Shown here: piece by piece, positions 46,981-57,800 of the stretch | Layout: each line of letters opens with the position of its first letter | How positions within the stretch are numbered: position 1 is the stretch's first letter | From: an uncultured virus (IMG/VR IMGVR_UViG_3300025530_000008) | Taxonomy: Duplodnaviria; Heunggongvirae; Uroviricota; Caudoviricetes; Herelleviridae | DNA: 64,000 nucleotides | IMG/VR virus record: IMGVR_UViG_3300025530_000008 | Reading direction: 5' to 3' (one strand) | Notes under the pieces: model-generated | The model's database searches: none | Seen by the model: the letters and a program-made list of their open reading frames with translations, nothing else | Told to the model about the DNA's origin: nothing | Program-made: the position numbers and the translations under genes

Positions 46981-48287
46981 TGGCAAAGAGCCTTAACATA
47001 AAGCTTCCGAAGGACATATTGGCGGCGCCGGAAAACGTCCGGCGCGCCGTACTGGAGACGCTGCGCACGGCCATGAAGCTTCCGAAGGAAGTCCCGCTCG
47101 TGCGCGGCGACGGTCCGGTTGAGCACAAGCTGTGGGAGCGCAACAGTGACGAGCTCATGGCCGACACGGAGGATGCGTTTTACGAATGGCTAATCCAGCC
47201 GGCGACCGAGCGGATGGCCGACCTGTTTATCGCGCTGGGACTGTCGCTGGATGGTGTGAAGGTCGAGAAGGCCTTCAGCAAAGAGTTCGATGTCTACGCC
47301 GACCAGCTTGTAAAGGCCCGCGGCGGCCGCAAACCGAACGCGAAGAAAGCGCTTGAGGAATTGATCAAGATCGGCCGCGAGAAGCGTGAGGCGTTTCTGA
47401 AGTACATCAATGACGCCAAACCGCTGTCCAAAAAGGACCTGCGGGCGCTTGACAAGCTGCTGCGGTCGAAGCTGGCCGAGTACGCCCAGAAGACGATCGA
47501 GGCGTTTCAGGTGCGCGCCGGCATGCTGGCAAAGATTCGGAATCAGGCGGACAAGGAATTTTTCACGACGGTCGGCGCATACGTTGACCGCTACCCGGAG
47601 ACGGTGAAGGCTGCCGAGCGCGAGCATACCGTACTGACGATTCCTGAGAAACGCAAGGCGGACGCTGAGGGCCGGAAGGTTATCATCAAGCCGCTTACCC
47701 GGCAGGAGGCGCAGGCGGTGGAACACGCCGTCCAGAGCGCGGCCGAGAAGATATCCGAAGTCAACGAGCGGCACATCAACGGCATCCGGCAGCTTGTGGT
47801 GCGAGCAAAGCGCGAACGTTGGAGCGCGGAGCGTCTGGCGCAGGAGCTTTACGACATGTACGGCGAACAAAACCGCGACTGGCGACGCGTCGCCATTACG
47901 GAGCTCGCCATGGCCGATAACGATGCATACCTGTCCGGGGTCGAGGAAGGTGAGACGGTCGTCGGGATGAGCTCGGCCGGTATGTGCAAGCAATGTGAAA
48001 AGCTCATCACGTCGAAGACGTATATCGTCACCCACGACCCGGAGAAGATGAACGAGCAGTACGGACACACGCATGTATGGCCGGGCAAGACGAACTTCGG
48101 AAGGCGCGTCAGCGAGTACTGGCCGTGCATCCCGCTTCATCCGAACTGCCGTTGTCGCTGGCACCGCATCTCCCGCTTCTATAAAATGGTCGACGGCAAG
48201 CTCGTCATGAAGACGACGGCTGAGCTCATTCAGGAAGAACGGGCGCGGCGCGGGCTGCCGCCGGACCCGAATCTGAAGGAGGAATGA
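46980..48287 (+). CDS. MuF-like minor head protein
   Basis: DWRRVAITE, CKQC, IPLHPNCRCRW. Confidence 0.85.
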   Translation: MAKSLNIKLPKDILAAPENVRRAVLETLRTAMKLPKEVPLVRGDGPVEHKLWERNSDELMADTEDAFYEWLIQPATERMADLFIALGLSLDGVKVEKAFSKEFDVYADQLVKARGGRKPNAKKALEELIKIGREKREAFLKYINDAKPLSKKDLRALDKLLRSKLAEYAQKTIEAFQVRAGMLAKIRNQADKEFFTTVGAYVDRYPETVKAAEREHTVLTIPEKRKADAEGRKVIIKPLTRQEAQAVEHAVQSAAEKISEVNERHINGIRQLVVRAKRERWSAERLAQELYDMYGEQNRDWRRVAITELAMADNDAYLSGVEEGETVVGMSSAGMCKQCEKLITSKTYIVTHDPEKMNEQYGHTHVWPGKTNFGRRVSEYWPCIPLHPNCRCRWHRISRFYKMVDGKLVMKTTAELIQEERARRGLPPDPNLKEE

Positions 48288-48290
48288 CCG

Positions 48291-48581
48291 ATGGCCGACC
48301 AGCGCAGATTGATTGACGACCTGCTCGACCGCAAGCCGGAAGCCGCGCATATGATAAAGGACATCTTCGAGAACAACCGGAAGCTTGCCGACTGCGCCTA
48401 CCATGATTTCTCGATCAATCTGACACCGGAGCGCGTCGTCGGCAGGCGGTGGCGGTGCGCACGCTGCGGCGGAGAAATTGACGACCGGGACAAGATGTGG
48501 TACGAACGGGGTATAAAGCACGAAAGAAATAAAGGAGCTGGAAACTATGAACAGAGCCGAGGCAGCAAAGCTGCTGATTGA
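48291..48581 (+). CDS. hypothetical protein (Cys/His)
   Basis: AAGGAGG SD; CAYHDF..CARCGG. Confidence 0.65.
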   Translation: MADQRRLIDDLLDRKPEAAHMIKDIFENNRKLADCAYHDFSINLTPERVVGRRWRCARCGGEIDDRDKMWYERGIKHERNKGAGNYEQSRGSKAAD

Positions 48582-48873
48582 CCAAGTTGTGAAGCAGACC
48601 GGCTATCCGGCCATTGGCCAAGTGCTTCAGGCTGAGGGGATCGCCGACCGCAGGCTGCTGCGGGACATGGAGCGCAAGGGCATCATCAAACGCATTCCAG
48701 TCAAGCGCGCCGGGACGGTATTTTACGGCTACTATTCAAACGACGAAGTTCCGAAGATCATTCGGGAAAGGAGCGACGAGCATGCCGGAGTTCGTGAGGA
48801 CGGAGAAGGACGAGAAGCTGTGGGAGAAAGCGAAGGAGATCGTCAAGAAGCAGTACGGGAAAACGGAGGCTGA
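48547..48873 (+). CDS. small wHTH-like protein
   Basis: AAAGGAG SD; RRLLRDMERKGII. Confidence 0.5.
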   Translation: MNRAEAAKLLIDQVVKQTGYPAIGQVLQAEGIADRRLLRDMERKGIIKRIPVKRAGTVFYGYYSNDEVPKIIRERSDEHAGVREDGEGREAVGESEGDRQEAVRENGG

Positions 48874-50215
48874 CGGCGACGAGTTCTGGGCGCTGGTAAC
48901 AGGCGTCTATAAGCGCGCCGGCGGCAGGGTAGGCGGGGACAGTGTTCGGAAGTCGGTATCCGGCGCCCGTCTTATTCCGCTTTCGGAGCTGGAGATCGTT
49001 AACCCGGAATGCTCCCTGATGAAGTCGGCCAGCAAGAAGCCTGCAGCGAAGAAAACATCCAGTAAGGCATCGACCAAAGCAGCAAGCAAGAAGCCTGCAG
49101 CGAAGAAAACGTCCAGTAAGGCATCGACCAAAGCAGCAAGCAAGAAGCCTGCAGCGAAGAAAACGTCCAGTAAGGCATCGACCAAAGCAGCAAGCAAGGA
49201 AGTACAATCTTCGGAAGACCTGCCGCCGGGTGGTGTATGGCGGACGATCCGCGGCCACAAGGTTTACATCGTTGACGGGAAGATCGTCGGCGGCTCGGTG
49301 CAGCCGTGGATGAAGGACCAGCAGGAGAGCGCGACATCCGCTTCGGCTCCAGCATCTCCAGCAGCAGACGGCAAGCCCGTGAAGTACACGGTGACCGGCC
49401 TGAGCGGAAAGGAGTTCGAACGCACGTCCCACCGCAGCTACACGCATGCCGTCGTCGGATATGACAAGAAGACCGGCGAGCGTTGGGCGATCTCCTTCCA
49501 TGACGGGCTGCACAACGCGCAGAAGAAAGCAGCGAGCGTCTACCATCTGGACCCGAAAGCGCACAGGATCGAAATTCACCCGGTCATGCCGAAGCCGAAG
49601 AAGGGCGAGACTATGCCGGAAGCGAAGCCGGTTATGACGATGGTTCCGAAGTCGCCGGAGGAACGCACGGAGCGCAGACGGATGTCGGCGCTGGGCCGGA
49701 CGTTACAGCAGTTCAAGCAGCAGAAAGAGGCTGAGGCGAAGGCTGCGAATGCGTCGAAAGCTAAGGCGGAGAAGGAAAAACCCGCTTCCGAAGCGAAGAA
49801 ACCAGCGGCGAATGGGGAGAAACCGGCCGACAAGTCGGCGAAGCCCCGGGATACGTCGCAGGGGTATATGCAGCTTGAGGATTCGGATGGTGACACGGTC
49901 CAGTGGCAGCCGGCCAAAAGCGCGCAGCGCGTCGAAATCCACCCTGACCTGCACACGTTCCTGCACCGCGGGAAGTACGGCTGGCTCGTCATCAACCACG
50001 ATACCGGTCTGGCTATAACAAGCGGCAAGACCCGGGCGGAGGCCATCAATAACGCAAAACAGCGAGTGCGCATGCAGGGCCCGCAGCAAATTCAGGAGAA
50101 CCACCAGTCGGTGCTGCGGGAGATGGCAAAGCGTCACGGACCGATTCCGCCGAATCCCAGCACGATTAAGAAATCCATTGCGCTTTATATCGACCTTCGG
50201 AAGGAAAGGAGGTAG
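48782..50215 (+). CDS. multi-domain head-module protein with histone H1-like repeats
   Basis: AAAGGAG SD; 3 x 18-aa Lys/Ala repeats; WRTIRGHKVYI motif. Confidence 0.8.
   Translation: MPEFVRTEKDEKLWEKAKEIVKKQYGKTEADGDEFWALVTGVYKRAGGRVGGDSVRKSVSGARLIPLSELEIVNPECSLMKSASKKPAAKKTSSKASTKAASKKPAAKKTSSKASTKAASKKPAAKKTSSKASTKAASKEVQSSEDLPPGGVWRTIRGHKVYIVDGKIVGGSVQPWMKDQQESATSASAPASPAADGKPVKYTVTGLSGKEFERTSHRSYTHAVVGYDKKTGERWAISFHDGLHNAQKKAASVYHLDPKAHRIEIHPVMPKPKKGETMPEAKPVMTMVPKSPEERTERRRMSALGRTLQQFKQQKEAEAKAANASKAKAEKEKPASEAKKPAANGEKPADKSAKPRDTSQGYMQLEDSDGDTVQWQPAKSAQRVEIHPDLHTFLHRGKYGWLVINHDTGLAITSGKTRAEAINNAKQRVRMQGPQQIQENHQSVLREMAKRHGPIPPNPSTIKKSIALYIDLRKERR
49031..49198 (+). repeat. 54-bp tandem repeat x3 (SKKPAAKKTSSKASTKAA)
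   Basis: Seen directly. Confidence 0.9.
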
Positions 50216-50220
50216 GCCCG

Positions 50221-53200
50221 ATGGCCATCACCCGGGCACAAGCAAAGGGTGTACATAAGGACCTGCCTCCGGGCGGCGTCTGGCGAACGATCCGCGGTAA
50301 TCACGTGTACATCCTGAATGGCGAAATCGTGGCCGGCGCTGGTGTCGGGAAAACCGGCAAACCGGTGAAATTGACGAAGAAGCAACTGGCGGAGCATTTC
50401 GCCGAGCTTCAGAAGAAGGACGCGGCGGCCACCAAAACCAGAGCGGCGACCAAAACCAAAGCCGCTGAGAAGAAAACAGCATCGACCAAAACCAAAGCCG
50501 CTGAGAAGAAATCAGCGGCGACCAAAACCAAAGCCGCTGAGAAGAAAACAGCATCGACCAAAACCAAAGCCGCTGAGAAGAAATCAGCGGCGACCAAAAC
50601 CAAAGCCGCTGAGAAGAAATCAGCGGCGACCAAAACCAAAGCCGCTGAGAAGAAATCAGCGGCGACCAAAACCAAAGCCGCTGAGAAGAAATCAGCGGCG
50701 ACCAAAACAAAGGCTGCTGAGAAGAAAACAGCATCGACCAAAACCAAAGCCGCTGAGAAGAAAACAGCATCGACCAAAACCAAAGCCGCTGAGAAGAAAA
50801 CAGCGGCGACCAAAACAAAGGCTGCTGAGAAGAAAACAGCATCGACCAAAACGAAGACATCCGAGAAAAAGCGGCCTGAAAAGAAAGCACCAGCTTCCGA
50901 AGCAAATACCACCCGAACGCGCCGGGTGCTGGACGCGCAGAAGATTAAACCGGATGACTCGCTGGCGGCGTCGGCCCGGAAGTTCAAGGCAAAAGAGGTC
51001 ATGGACTGGTACAACAGCCTGTCCGACGCAGACAAAGACCGCGTGGCGAAGTTGAAGAACCTGCCGGAATCGAAGGTTCGGGCGTCCCATATCGCAGCCA
51101 GCAAACGCGAACGGCTTCAGCATCTGGTGAATGCGTTCCACTATCTGCGTGCGGTTGGCGGCCTTTCGGCTAAGTCATCCGACAAGGAGCGTGCCGGCGT
51201 AAAGGACGTGCGGCATAAAGCGCAGGAGGGGCGCAAGGTCGCATACGACGTTGGCGAGAAAGTAGGCGGAGCCCGCAAGGACCTTACGGCGGTCGCGCAA
51301 CGCTTCGAGGCTACGCCGACAGCGCAGGACTTAGAAATTCTGGAGCGCGAGCACCCGGAGATGGCGCAAAAGCTCGTCAACAAGAAGAATCTGCTGAAGC
51401 CGCTGGATTGGGAGACCGAGTACAACAACGGCGTCGACGTGAACGTCGCCATGGCGAAGAAACTGATTTACGACCGTATCGCCGCGCAGCCGGCCGCCAA
51501 CGATCCGATGAACCGACTCCTGTACTTCAACGCGATCCAAAACATTCAACGCGTGCTGGAGCCGATCAAGACGTGGGACGAGTTCCAGAGCGCGACGCGG
51601 GAGCTCGGCAATTACATGCGGCGGGAGACGCCGAAGGAGCTTAAATACCGCGAGTTTATCGCCCAGTCGACGGCAAAGAAGCTTCAGGAGGACAGCCCGA
51701 GCGAGTATGACCTGACGGAGTTTGGCGCCTACTACGACCGCAACAAAGAGAAGTGGGTCATTCCGAAGGACGCGAAGGCGAAATGGCGCGAGAAGATGCA
51801 GCGCAGGCTCATGGAAGACCTTCAGAAACTGGCGGAGTCGAAGGCAGCCAACATGGCGCCAATGGGTCTGCCGCTGGGTGAGAAGTTCCACAATTTCTTT
51901 ACGAGCTTCGATAGCTGGCGCCGGACTATGGACACGATCCGCAGCAAGCGTCTGACGTGGGAGAAGCACTTCGAAAGCCTCGGTCAGCAGAAAGGGCGCA
52001 CGGATGGCGGCGGTAAAGGCGACAAGTTGCGGCCGGGTGAGGAACGGTCCAAAATCCCGGTCAGCGAGGCGAAGCGTGTCGGAGGCAAAGCAGTGAAGGT
52101 GTCGAAGCCTGAAGATATGGTGAAGAACTACGGCTTCAGGGCCGTCGAGTTCGGTAACTACGTCAACGACGAAGACGGCAAGCACCATCTCCAAAAGGCT
52201 TCCGAAGCATTCTCCGATCTGGCCGACGTGCTCGGCCTTTCGCCGAGGGACGCGTCACTGGGCGGCAAGCTCGCCATAGCTTTCGGCGCCCGCGGCAAAG
52301 GTCGCGCATTGGCGCATTACGAGGCCGTATCGAAGGTCATCAACGTAACCCGGGACGCCGGCGCCGGAACACTGGCCCACGAATGGGGCCATGCCATGGA
52401 CAACATCCTGCATGCAGAGAGCACCGGAAAGCCGTCGATCGGATTCGCGTCTGACGGCATAGGTGATAAGGGAAGTTCGGAAGTGCGGGAAGCATACGAA
52501 GATGTGCTAAACGCCATGATGCGGGGTAACGGTACCCGGGAAGTTCATTACAACGGCAAAGCTTACCATTCGCCATATGAGTATAAGCTGTGGGCGCAGC
52601 GCGATATGCCTTTTCAGGATGCGTGGAAGCGCGTCATGTCGAAGCTGTCGCAGTCGTTTGAACTGGAAGATAAACTGGCGCGGGAGCACGGCATGAAGAT
52701 CAGCGACCAGCGTCTGCAAAAGCGGCAGCAGATACTCGAGAACCACTATCATGCGCTGGCCTATGCATACACACAGGCCGGACGGAAGATCGAACCGCTT
52801 CGGGTTCCGACGACTACGTCACAGTTTAAGGCCAATGCGGACGCGCTGTGCGGCGGCAGGTCTGGTTACTGGAACCGGCCGCATGAAATGTTCGCCCGGG
52901 CGTTTGAGGCCTACGTCCTCGACAAGTTACGGAAATCCGGCCGGCGAAACGACTATTTGGTGTACGGCACGGACCACCCGATGGCATACCCGCAGGGCGA
53001 GGAACGCGAGAAAATCAATGCAGCGTTCGACAGGCTGATGGCCGCCGTGCGCAAGTCCGGTGCCATTCGCAAAGGTCTGCGCATTCAAATGCTGCTCGAA
53101 TTGTTCCCGGACGAAGAACTTCGGAAGGCTGTCGACGACATCATGATTGACTGGCCGGAATCCGGCATCACGGAGCGCAACGCCTACGATGTCGACCACG

Positions 53201-54726
53201 ATACGGACCTTTCGGAAGTCATTTATATCCCGGTCAACCGCCTGCGTATGGTTTACCAGACAGACGAAGCAACGGACTGGGATAAGGTATGGGAAAACAT
53301 CGAGAAGATGCGATCCGGCGAGGCGCTTAAGCCGGTCGAGATCGGATACGACTACGACATACACGACGGACATCACCGTTGGCTGGCCTCGAAGGAGCTC
53401 AACTACACGCACGTTCCCTGCATCGTTAAGGGTAAGGACGAAGCGGAGCGGCAAGAAGCAATAGCCCGGTACCGCGAGCTGTGGAAGTCGCTGGACGACA
53501 AAGAATTGACAGGCGGAAGATGGGTAACAATCGAGCATCGTCATGTGTACATCAAAGGCGGGAAAGTAGTTGCCGGGCATCTTCCGAACGGAGATAAGAT
53601 GGAGGCACACCACATCAAAGAAACCCAAGAAAAGATAGACGCACAATCTTCCGAAGACCATCTTGAACGGGCGAAGAAGGCAGCGCGTAAAACCGACGAC
53701 CCGATGGAATGGCTGCACGGCATGCGCGAGAACGATAAGGCCGCTTACGACGCCGTAATAGCGTACCGTAGTAAGCACGGCGTTAAAATCCAAGACCTGC
53801 ACAAGGAATTCGGCGGCGGGGAAGACATGGACGAATACGTACCGGACAGCACGAAGAAGATGGATGACGTGAATATAGGTGAGCCGAAGTTTAAGGCGCA
53901 CGACGTTACGCTAAAGCGCAGGACAGACGGGCGTACAGCCCTAGCAAGCGCACCGACAGGCTCGACCATCCAAGTCCATGACGACTTGCTAAAGCACGAT
54001 AAGACCACACAGCGGTATGTCATTGCGCACGAAATCGGCCACATCCTTTCCAATGCGCACCCGGAGCTTGAACGGCATGTATTGGATAATCCAGAGGGAG
54101 CGCTTGGGCGGATGAACCGCAAGTACATGCGGTTTGAAGGTGTGTCCTACACACCGGAAGAATCATGGGCAGATGCGTTTGCATTCTATCACGTTGACCC
54201 GGAATACCTGAAAGTCAACCATCCGAAGGCATACGAATTCGTGGATAAGATGCTGAAAAAGATGCCGCACGCCAAGAGTTACCTTGAACATGCGTGGAAG
54301 CAGATGGATGACATGGCTGACATGAAAAAATCCATCGTAGCTGACCCGACCTCCGACACGCTGTCTTCCGAAGAAAGCGGAATGTTTATGTACCGGGGAA
54401 TCGGCCAGAAAGAGCTTGAATTCATTCTTCGGCATGGTTTCATTCAATCCAAGGGGAAGGGCAACGATGACGATAAGGGAAACAAGGATACCTGTTTTAC
54501 GTGCCTGTATCAACAGGCCGAGGGGTACGCCTTGTGGAACTACATCGAATATAACGAGCCAGCAGCCTACGTCATCATCGTACCGCGCCCGCCGTGGGTG
54601 TACGAGGACGAGCACGGGGAGCTTATCAGCGACCGTCCGGTTCCGTTCGACTTTGGCTCCGTTGTTTACATCCCGCACCCGGATGCAGATCGGAAAATCA
54701 CAAATGATCAGGCTTCCGAAGTATAA
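50221..54726 (+). CDS. polyvalent protein: Lys/Ala repeats, LPD1-like, ParB-like, zincin and possible ART domains
   Basis: FRAVEFGNY...AFGARG...LAHEWGHA...EMFARAFE; DGHHRW; AHEIGH; MYRGI. Confidence 0.85.
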   Translation: MAITRAQAKGVHKDLPPGGVWRTIRGNHVYILNGEIVAGAGVGKTGKPVKLTKKQLAEHFAELQKKDAAATKTRAATKTKAAEKKTASTKTKAAEKKSAATKTKAAEKKTASTKTKAAEKKSAATKTKAAEKKSAATKTKAAEKKSAATKTKAAEKKSAATKTKAAEKKTASTKTKAAEKKTASTKTKAAEKKTAATKTKAAEKKTASTKTKTSEKKRPEKKAPASEANTTRTRRVLDAQKIKPDDSLAASARKFKAKEVMDWYNSLSDADKDRVAKLKNLPESKVRASHIAASKRERLQHLVNAFHYLRAVGGLSAKSSDKERAGVKDVRHKAQEGRKVAYDVGEKVGGARKDLTAVAQRFEATPTAQDLEILEREHPEMAQKLVNKKNLLKPLDWETEYNNGVDVNVAMAKKLIYDRIAAQPAANDPMNRLLYFNAIQNIQRVLEPIKTWDEFQSATRELGNYMRRETPKELKYREFIAQSTAKKLQEDSPSEYDLTEFGAYYDRNKEKWVIPKDAKAKWREKMQRRLMEDLQKLAESKAANMAPMGLPLGEKFHNFFTSFDSWRRTMDTIRSKRLTWEKHFESLGQQKGRTDGGGKGDKLRPGEERSKIPVSEAKRVGGKAVKVSKPEDMVKNYGFRAVEFGNYVNDEDGKHHLQKASEAFSDLADVLGLSPRDASLGGKLAIAFGARGKGRALAHYEAVSKVINVTRDAGAGTLAHEWGHAMDNILHAESTGKPSIGFASDGIGDKGSSEVREAYEDVLNAMMRGNGTREVHYNGKAYHSPYEYKLWAQRDMPFQDAWKRVMSKLSQSFELEDKLAREHGMKISDQRLQKRQQILENHYHALAYAYTQAGRKIEPLRVPTTTSQFKANADALCGGRSGYWNRPHEMFARAFEAYVLDKLRKSGRRNDYLVYGTDHPMAYPQGEEREKINAAFDRLMAAVRKSGAIRKGLRIQMLLELFPDEELRKAVDDIMIDWPESGITERNAYDVDHDTDLSEVIYIPVNRLRMVYQTDEATDWDKVWENIEKMRSGEALKPVEIGYDYDIHDGHHRWLASKELNYTHVPCIVKGKDEAERQEAIARYRELWKSLDDKELTGGRWVTIEHRHVYIKGGKVVAGHLPNGDKMEAHHIKETQEKIDAQSSEDHLERAKKAARKTDDPMEWLHGMRENDKAAYDAVIAYRSKHGVKIQDLHKEFGGGEDMDEYVPDSTKKMDDVNIGEPKFKAHDVTLKRRTDGRTALASAPTGSTIQVHDDLLKHDKTTQRYVIAHEIGHILSNAHPELERHVLDNPEGALGRMNRKYMRFEGVSYTPEESWADAFAFYHVDPEYLKVNHPKAYEFVDKMLKKMPHAKSYLEHAWKQMDDMADMKKSIVADPTSDTLSSEESGMFMYRGIGQKELEFILRHGFIQSKGKGNDDDKGNKDTCFTCLYQQAEGYALWNYIEYNEPAAYVIIVPRPPWVYEDEHGELISDRPVPFDFGSVVYIPHPDADRKITNDQASEV
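50449..50844 (+). repeat. 36-bp tandem repeat x11 (TKTKAAEKK[S/T]A[A/S])
   Basis: Seen directly. Confidence 0.9.
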
Positions 54727-54780
54727 TCAAGCTGCGGACAGCCTGCGAATTCGCATGCTACAATAGCAGTAACATGCGCG

Positions 54781-54814
54781 GGGCACCTTCCGAACCGTGA
54801 AGGTGCCCATTTTC
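54781..54814 (+). terminator. hairpin/terminator between the two giant genes
   Basis: GGGCACCTTC...GAAGGTGCCC followed by ATTTT. Confidence 0.6.
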
Positions 54815-54837
54815 AAGGCAGAATGGAGGGTTAAGGC

Positions 54838-57800
54838 ATGAAACCGGCGCTTGTCATCGACCTGCAAAAAGCGTCGGCCGCCCGGACGTGGCGCGAAGAA
54901 CTGCATCCGCGGGATGAGCAGGGCAGGTTCACGCGCATCCGGGGTGGTAGCCGTATCGTGACGCGTACCGGTAAAACCGGCCGTGTACACAAGGTCACGG
55001 ATACGCACTATCATGTCACTGCCGACGACGGGTCGAAGTTCACGGTATCCAAAAAGAATGCCGTGCACTATGACGACTATGAAGCCGCAATGAAGGCGGC
55101 GAAAAAGAACAAGCGGAAGGCGAGTGCCGCCGCGAAGAAGGCGAAAGCCACGAAGGCGAGCAACAAAGCAAACGCCACCGGCAAAACCGGTGCAGCAAAA
55201 CCGCTGGCAGACCCGACGAAAAAGGCAGCGAAGAAGAATCCCGCGGCGAAGAAAACTTCCGAAGCTGCCGAGAACAAAACGCTGGTGATGCCAGTTACGC
55301 CGAAAAAGCGCAAGGCAGAAAAACCTCTTGATAACGAGCAGAACCGGGCGATTGCTGAGGTTGCGGAGATCGAGAAAACGCCGGAGAAGGCGAATCTCGA
55401 CAAGCAGTGGCAGAGTGCTGAAGTCCAGAACATCCTGAAGAAGCCGGTCAACAAGCGGAGCGCTGAAGAAATCCGGCGCGTGGCCGGCAAGCTGACGAAG
55501 GAAAATGACAAGCTTGCCCGCCACGTCGTACATAAAATGGCGGCAGCCCGCGGCATGAGTATTCTGGGACAAGTTTACCGATTAAAGCGCCATGTAGGCG
55601 GTAACCGATCCAAAGAGGGGAAAGAGGAAGCAAAGCTGCACGGTGCCACGGTGGTACAGGAAACCGGACTGTACGGCGACCTGCTGCAATCTGCTCGAGC
55701 ATCGATGTTTGCGACCCTTTCCAGTGTGCTTTCCGGCAGCCAGAACCCGCGGAAGGGTACGGCGATCGGCGCGCACGTCATCAGCCGGATGCGTCAGCAG
55801 CTCCATAGGGATATGTACGACATCCTGAATACCATTCCGGCACCGCATGAGATTCGCACAGCAATCGGCGACGCTTGGAAGGCGGAGGAAACGCTGACGG
55901 GTAAGCTGGGCCGCACGCCGACGCATGACGAAGTCGCTTCATACCTTCAGAAGAATTCGAAGGCGTTCCGCGAGGCGCCGATCATGCAGCCGCCAGTCTG
56001 GAACGAAGATAAGGGCGAGTGGGAGGCGAAAAATCAGCGCGTGACAGACCCTTCGGAACGGCTGCGCGTGCTGAAGAACTACGCCGACCAGCAGAAGGCA
56101 ACACATCTGGATCAGGGCGTTACGGACGAACGAACCGGCGAGCGTCGGAACGTGGCCGAAGCTATGGCCGACCGCACGGCAGCGTCACCGGAAGCCCGCG
56201 CCATCGAGCGCGAGCGTCAGCAAGAGCTGCGGACGGCACTTCCGAAGGCTATGAAAGAGATGGGTCTGACCGACGACGAGATTCGCGTCATGGTGATCAA
56301 GTTCTCGAATCCGTCCTCGACGACCAGCAAGCCGACGATGACCTCGCCGGAAGTGGCCGCTTATCTGAAAGAGCACTACGGAATGGATGTCACGTCGAAG
56401 TGGGTCGACAACCGGATTACGCTCGGCATGCAGAAGATCAAGCGGGCGCGGGAGCAAAATCACCCGGCGCTGGAGCAACTGCGCATGCTGAAGTCGCTGG
56501 TGGTCCGGGCGATCCTGAAGATGAGCTGGGAAATCGATCTGTACAAGGCCCTGACGAGCTGGGGACTCACCCCGGATGTGCTGGAGATGCGACCGACGCG
56601 CATCGTCTACGGCCGGAGCCGGGAAGACATCCTGAAGTCGCTCGAGCCGCATGAATACGTCGGCAGCTTCGTTACGTTCGAAGACGGCGAAGTCGCTGCG
56701 CAGGTAACGGAGCTCACGCTGCCTGAAGGTCACGAACTTCGGAAGGCCTTTATGGACACGCTTCAGAAGGCCATGTTCCCGCACAAGGGAGCATCCAACG
56801 CCGAGATCAACAAGAAGGCGCAGGAATACGTACGGGCCAATAAACAGCGGTACGCCAGTCTGGCGGACCAGCAACTGGGACGTATCCGGGGAAAAGGCGG
56901 TAGCCTCACATGGTCTGAAGAACTTCTTCTGAAGAACCCGGGAAGCGCGTGGATCACGTGGGGCGGTAAACGCATCCTGATTAACACCGGGAACGGTGAG
57001 ATCATATACGACTCCCGGAATGAGGCACACCGCGAGGACTACAACCAAGGGGCGCAGGAAGACAAGATCGAGTTCCACCACGAGAAGGAAGCCGGCGTCA
57101 GTGAGGAAAACGCTCACGAGCACGACCACGGCATCCAAGCCTTCCGAAACGAGTTCATGAACCGCATGCGGGACGAGTGGATCAAGAAGGAAGGCAACAA
57201 GATTGTCGGCGGAATAAAGGGAGAGTTTTTGCAACACAACTCGCACAAGGCACTGGACGTGTACCGCGACCTTTCGGATGAGGAACGGAAGGCACTTGAT
57301 GACATGGGCGCCGACCGCGAGGCGAAAGCGGCGTTCCTCGGCGACCACTTCCTGCGTAAAGAGGGCGTCATCGAAGCGCTCCAGCAATACCGGAACGGCG
57401 AGCTTTCGGAAGAAGACATTCGGCAGCGGCTGGCCGGTCTGGGGTCGCTGGCGGGACGCAACTCGAAGATGATGGCTTCGTTCCTCGGCGACGTGAAGAA
57501 GCACGACCCGGCGACGGAGGAAGGGCTTAAGAAGCTGGCCGAATCGTTCGGTGCGAAAGAAATGACTCGTGCTGGCGAAGAAGCGAGCAAGAACCTTCTG
57601 CCGGAGGGCAAATACATGATTGGCAACCCGATTACGGGCAAAACCATGATTGTACACGTTGGCGGTGCCTTCACCGGCGGCCGCGGCAGCCGGAAGAAGG
57701 ACGAGTCCGGCAAAGAGGAAAAAGGGAAGTACACTTCCGAAGTTCTCGAAGCGTTCGACCCGGATGGCCGCATCCATGAGACGATCAACACGTGGGGCGA

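Noticed and set aside
50449..50844. Regular 36-bp repeats resembling a CRISPR array
   Set aside because: Units are contiguous with no unique spacers and encode an in-frame peptide repeat
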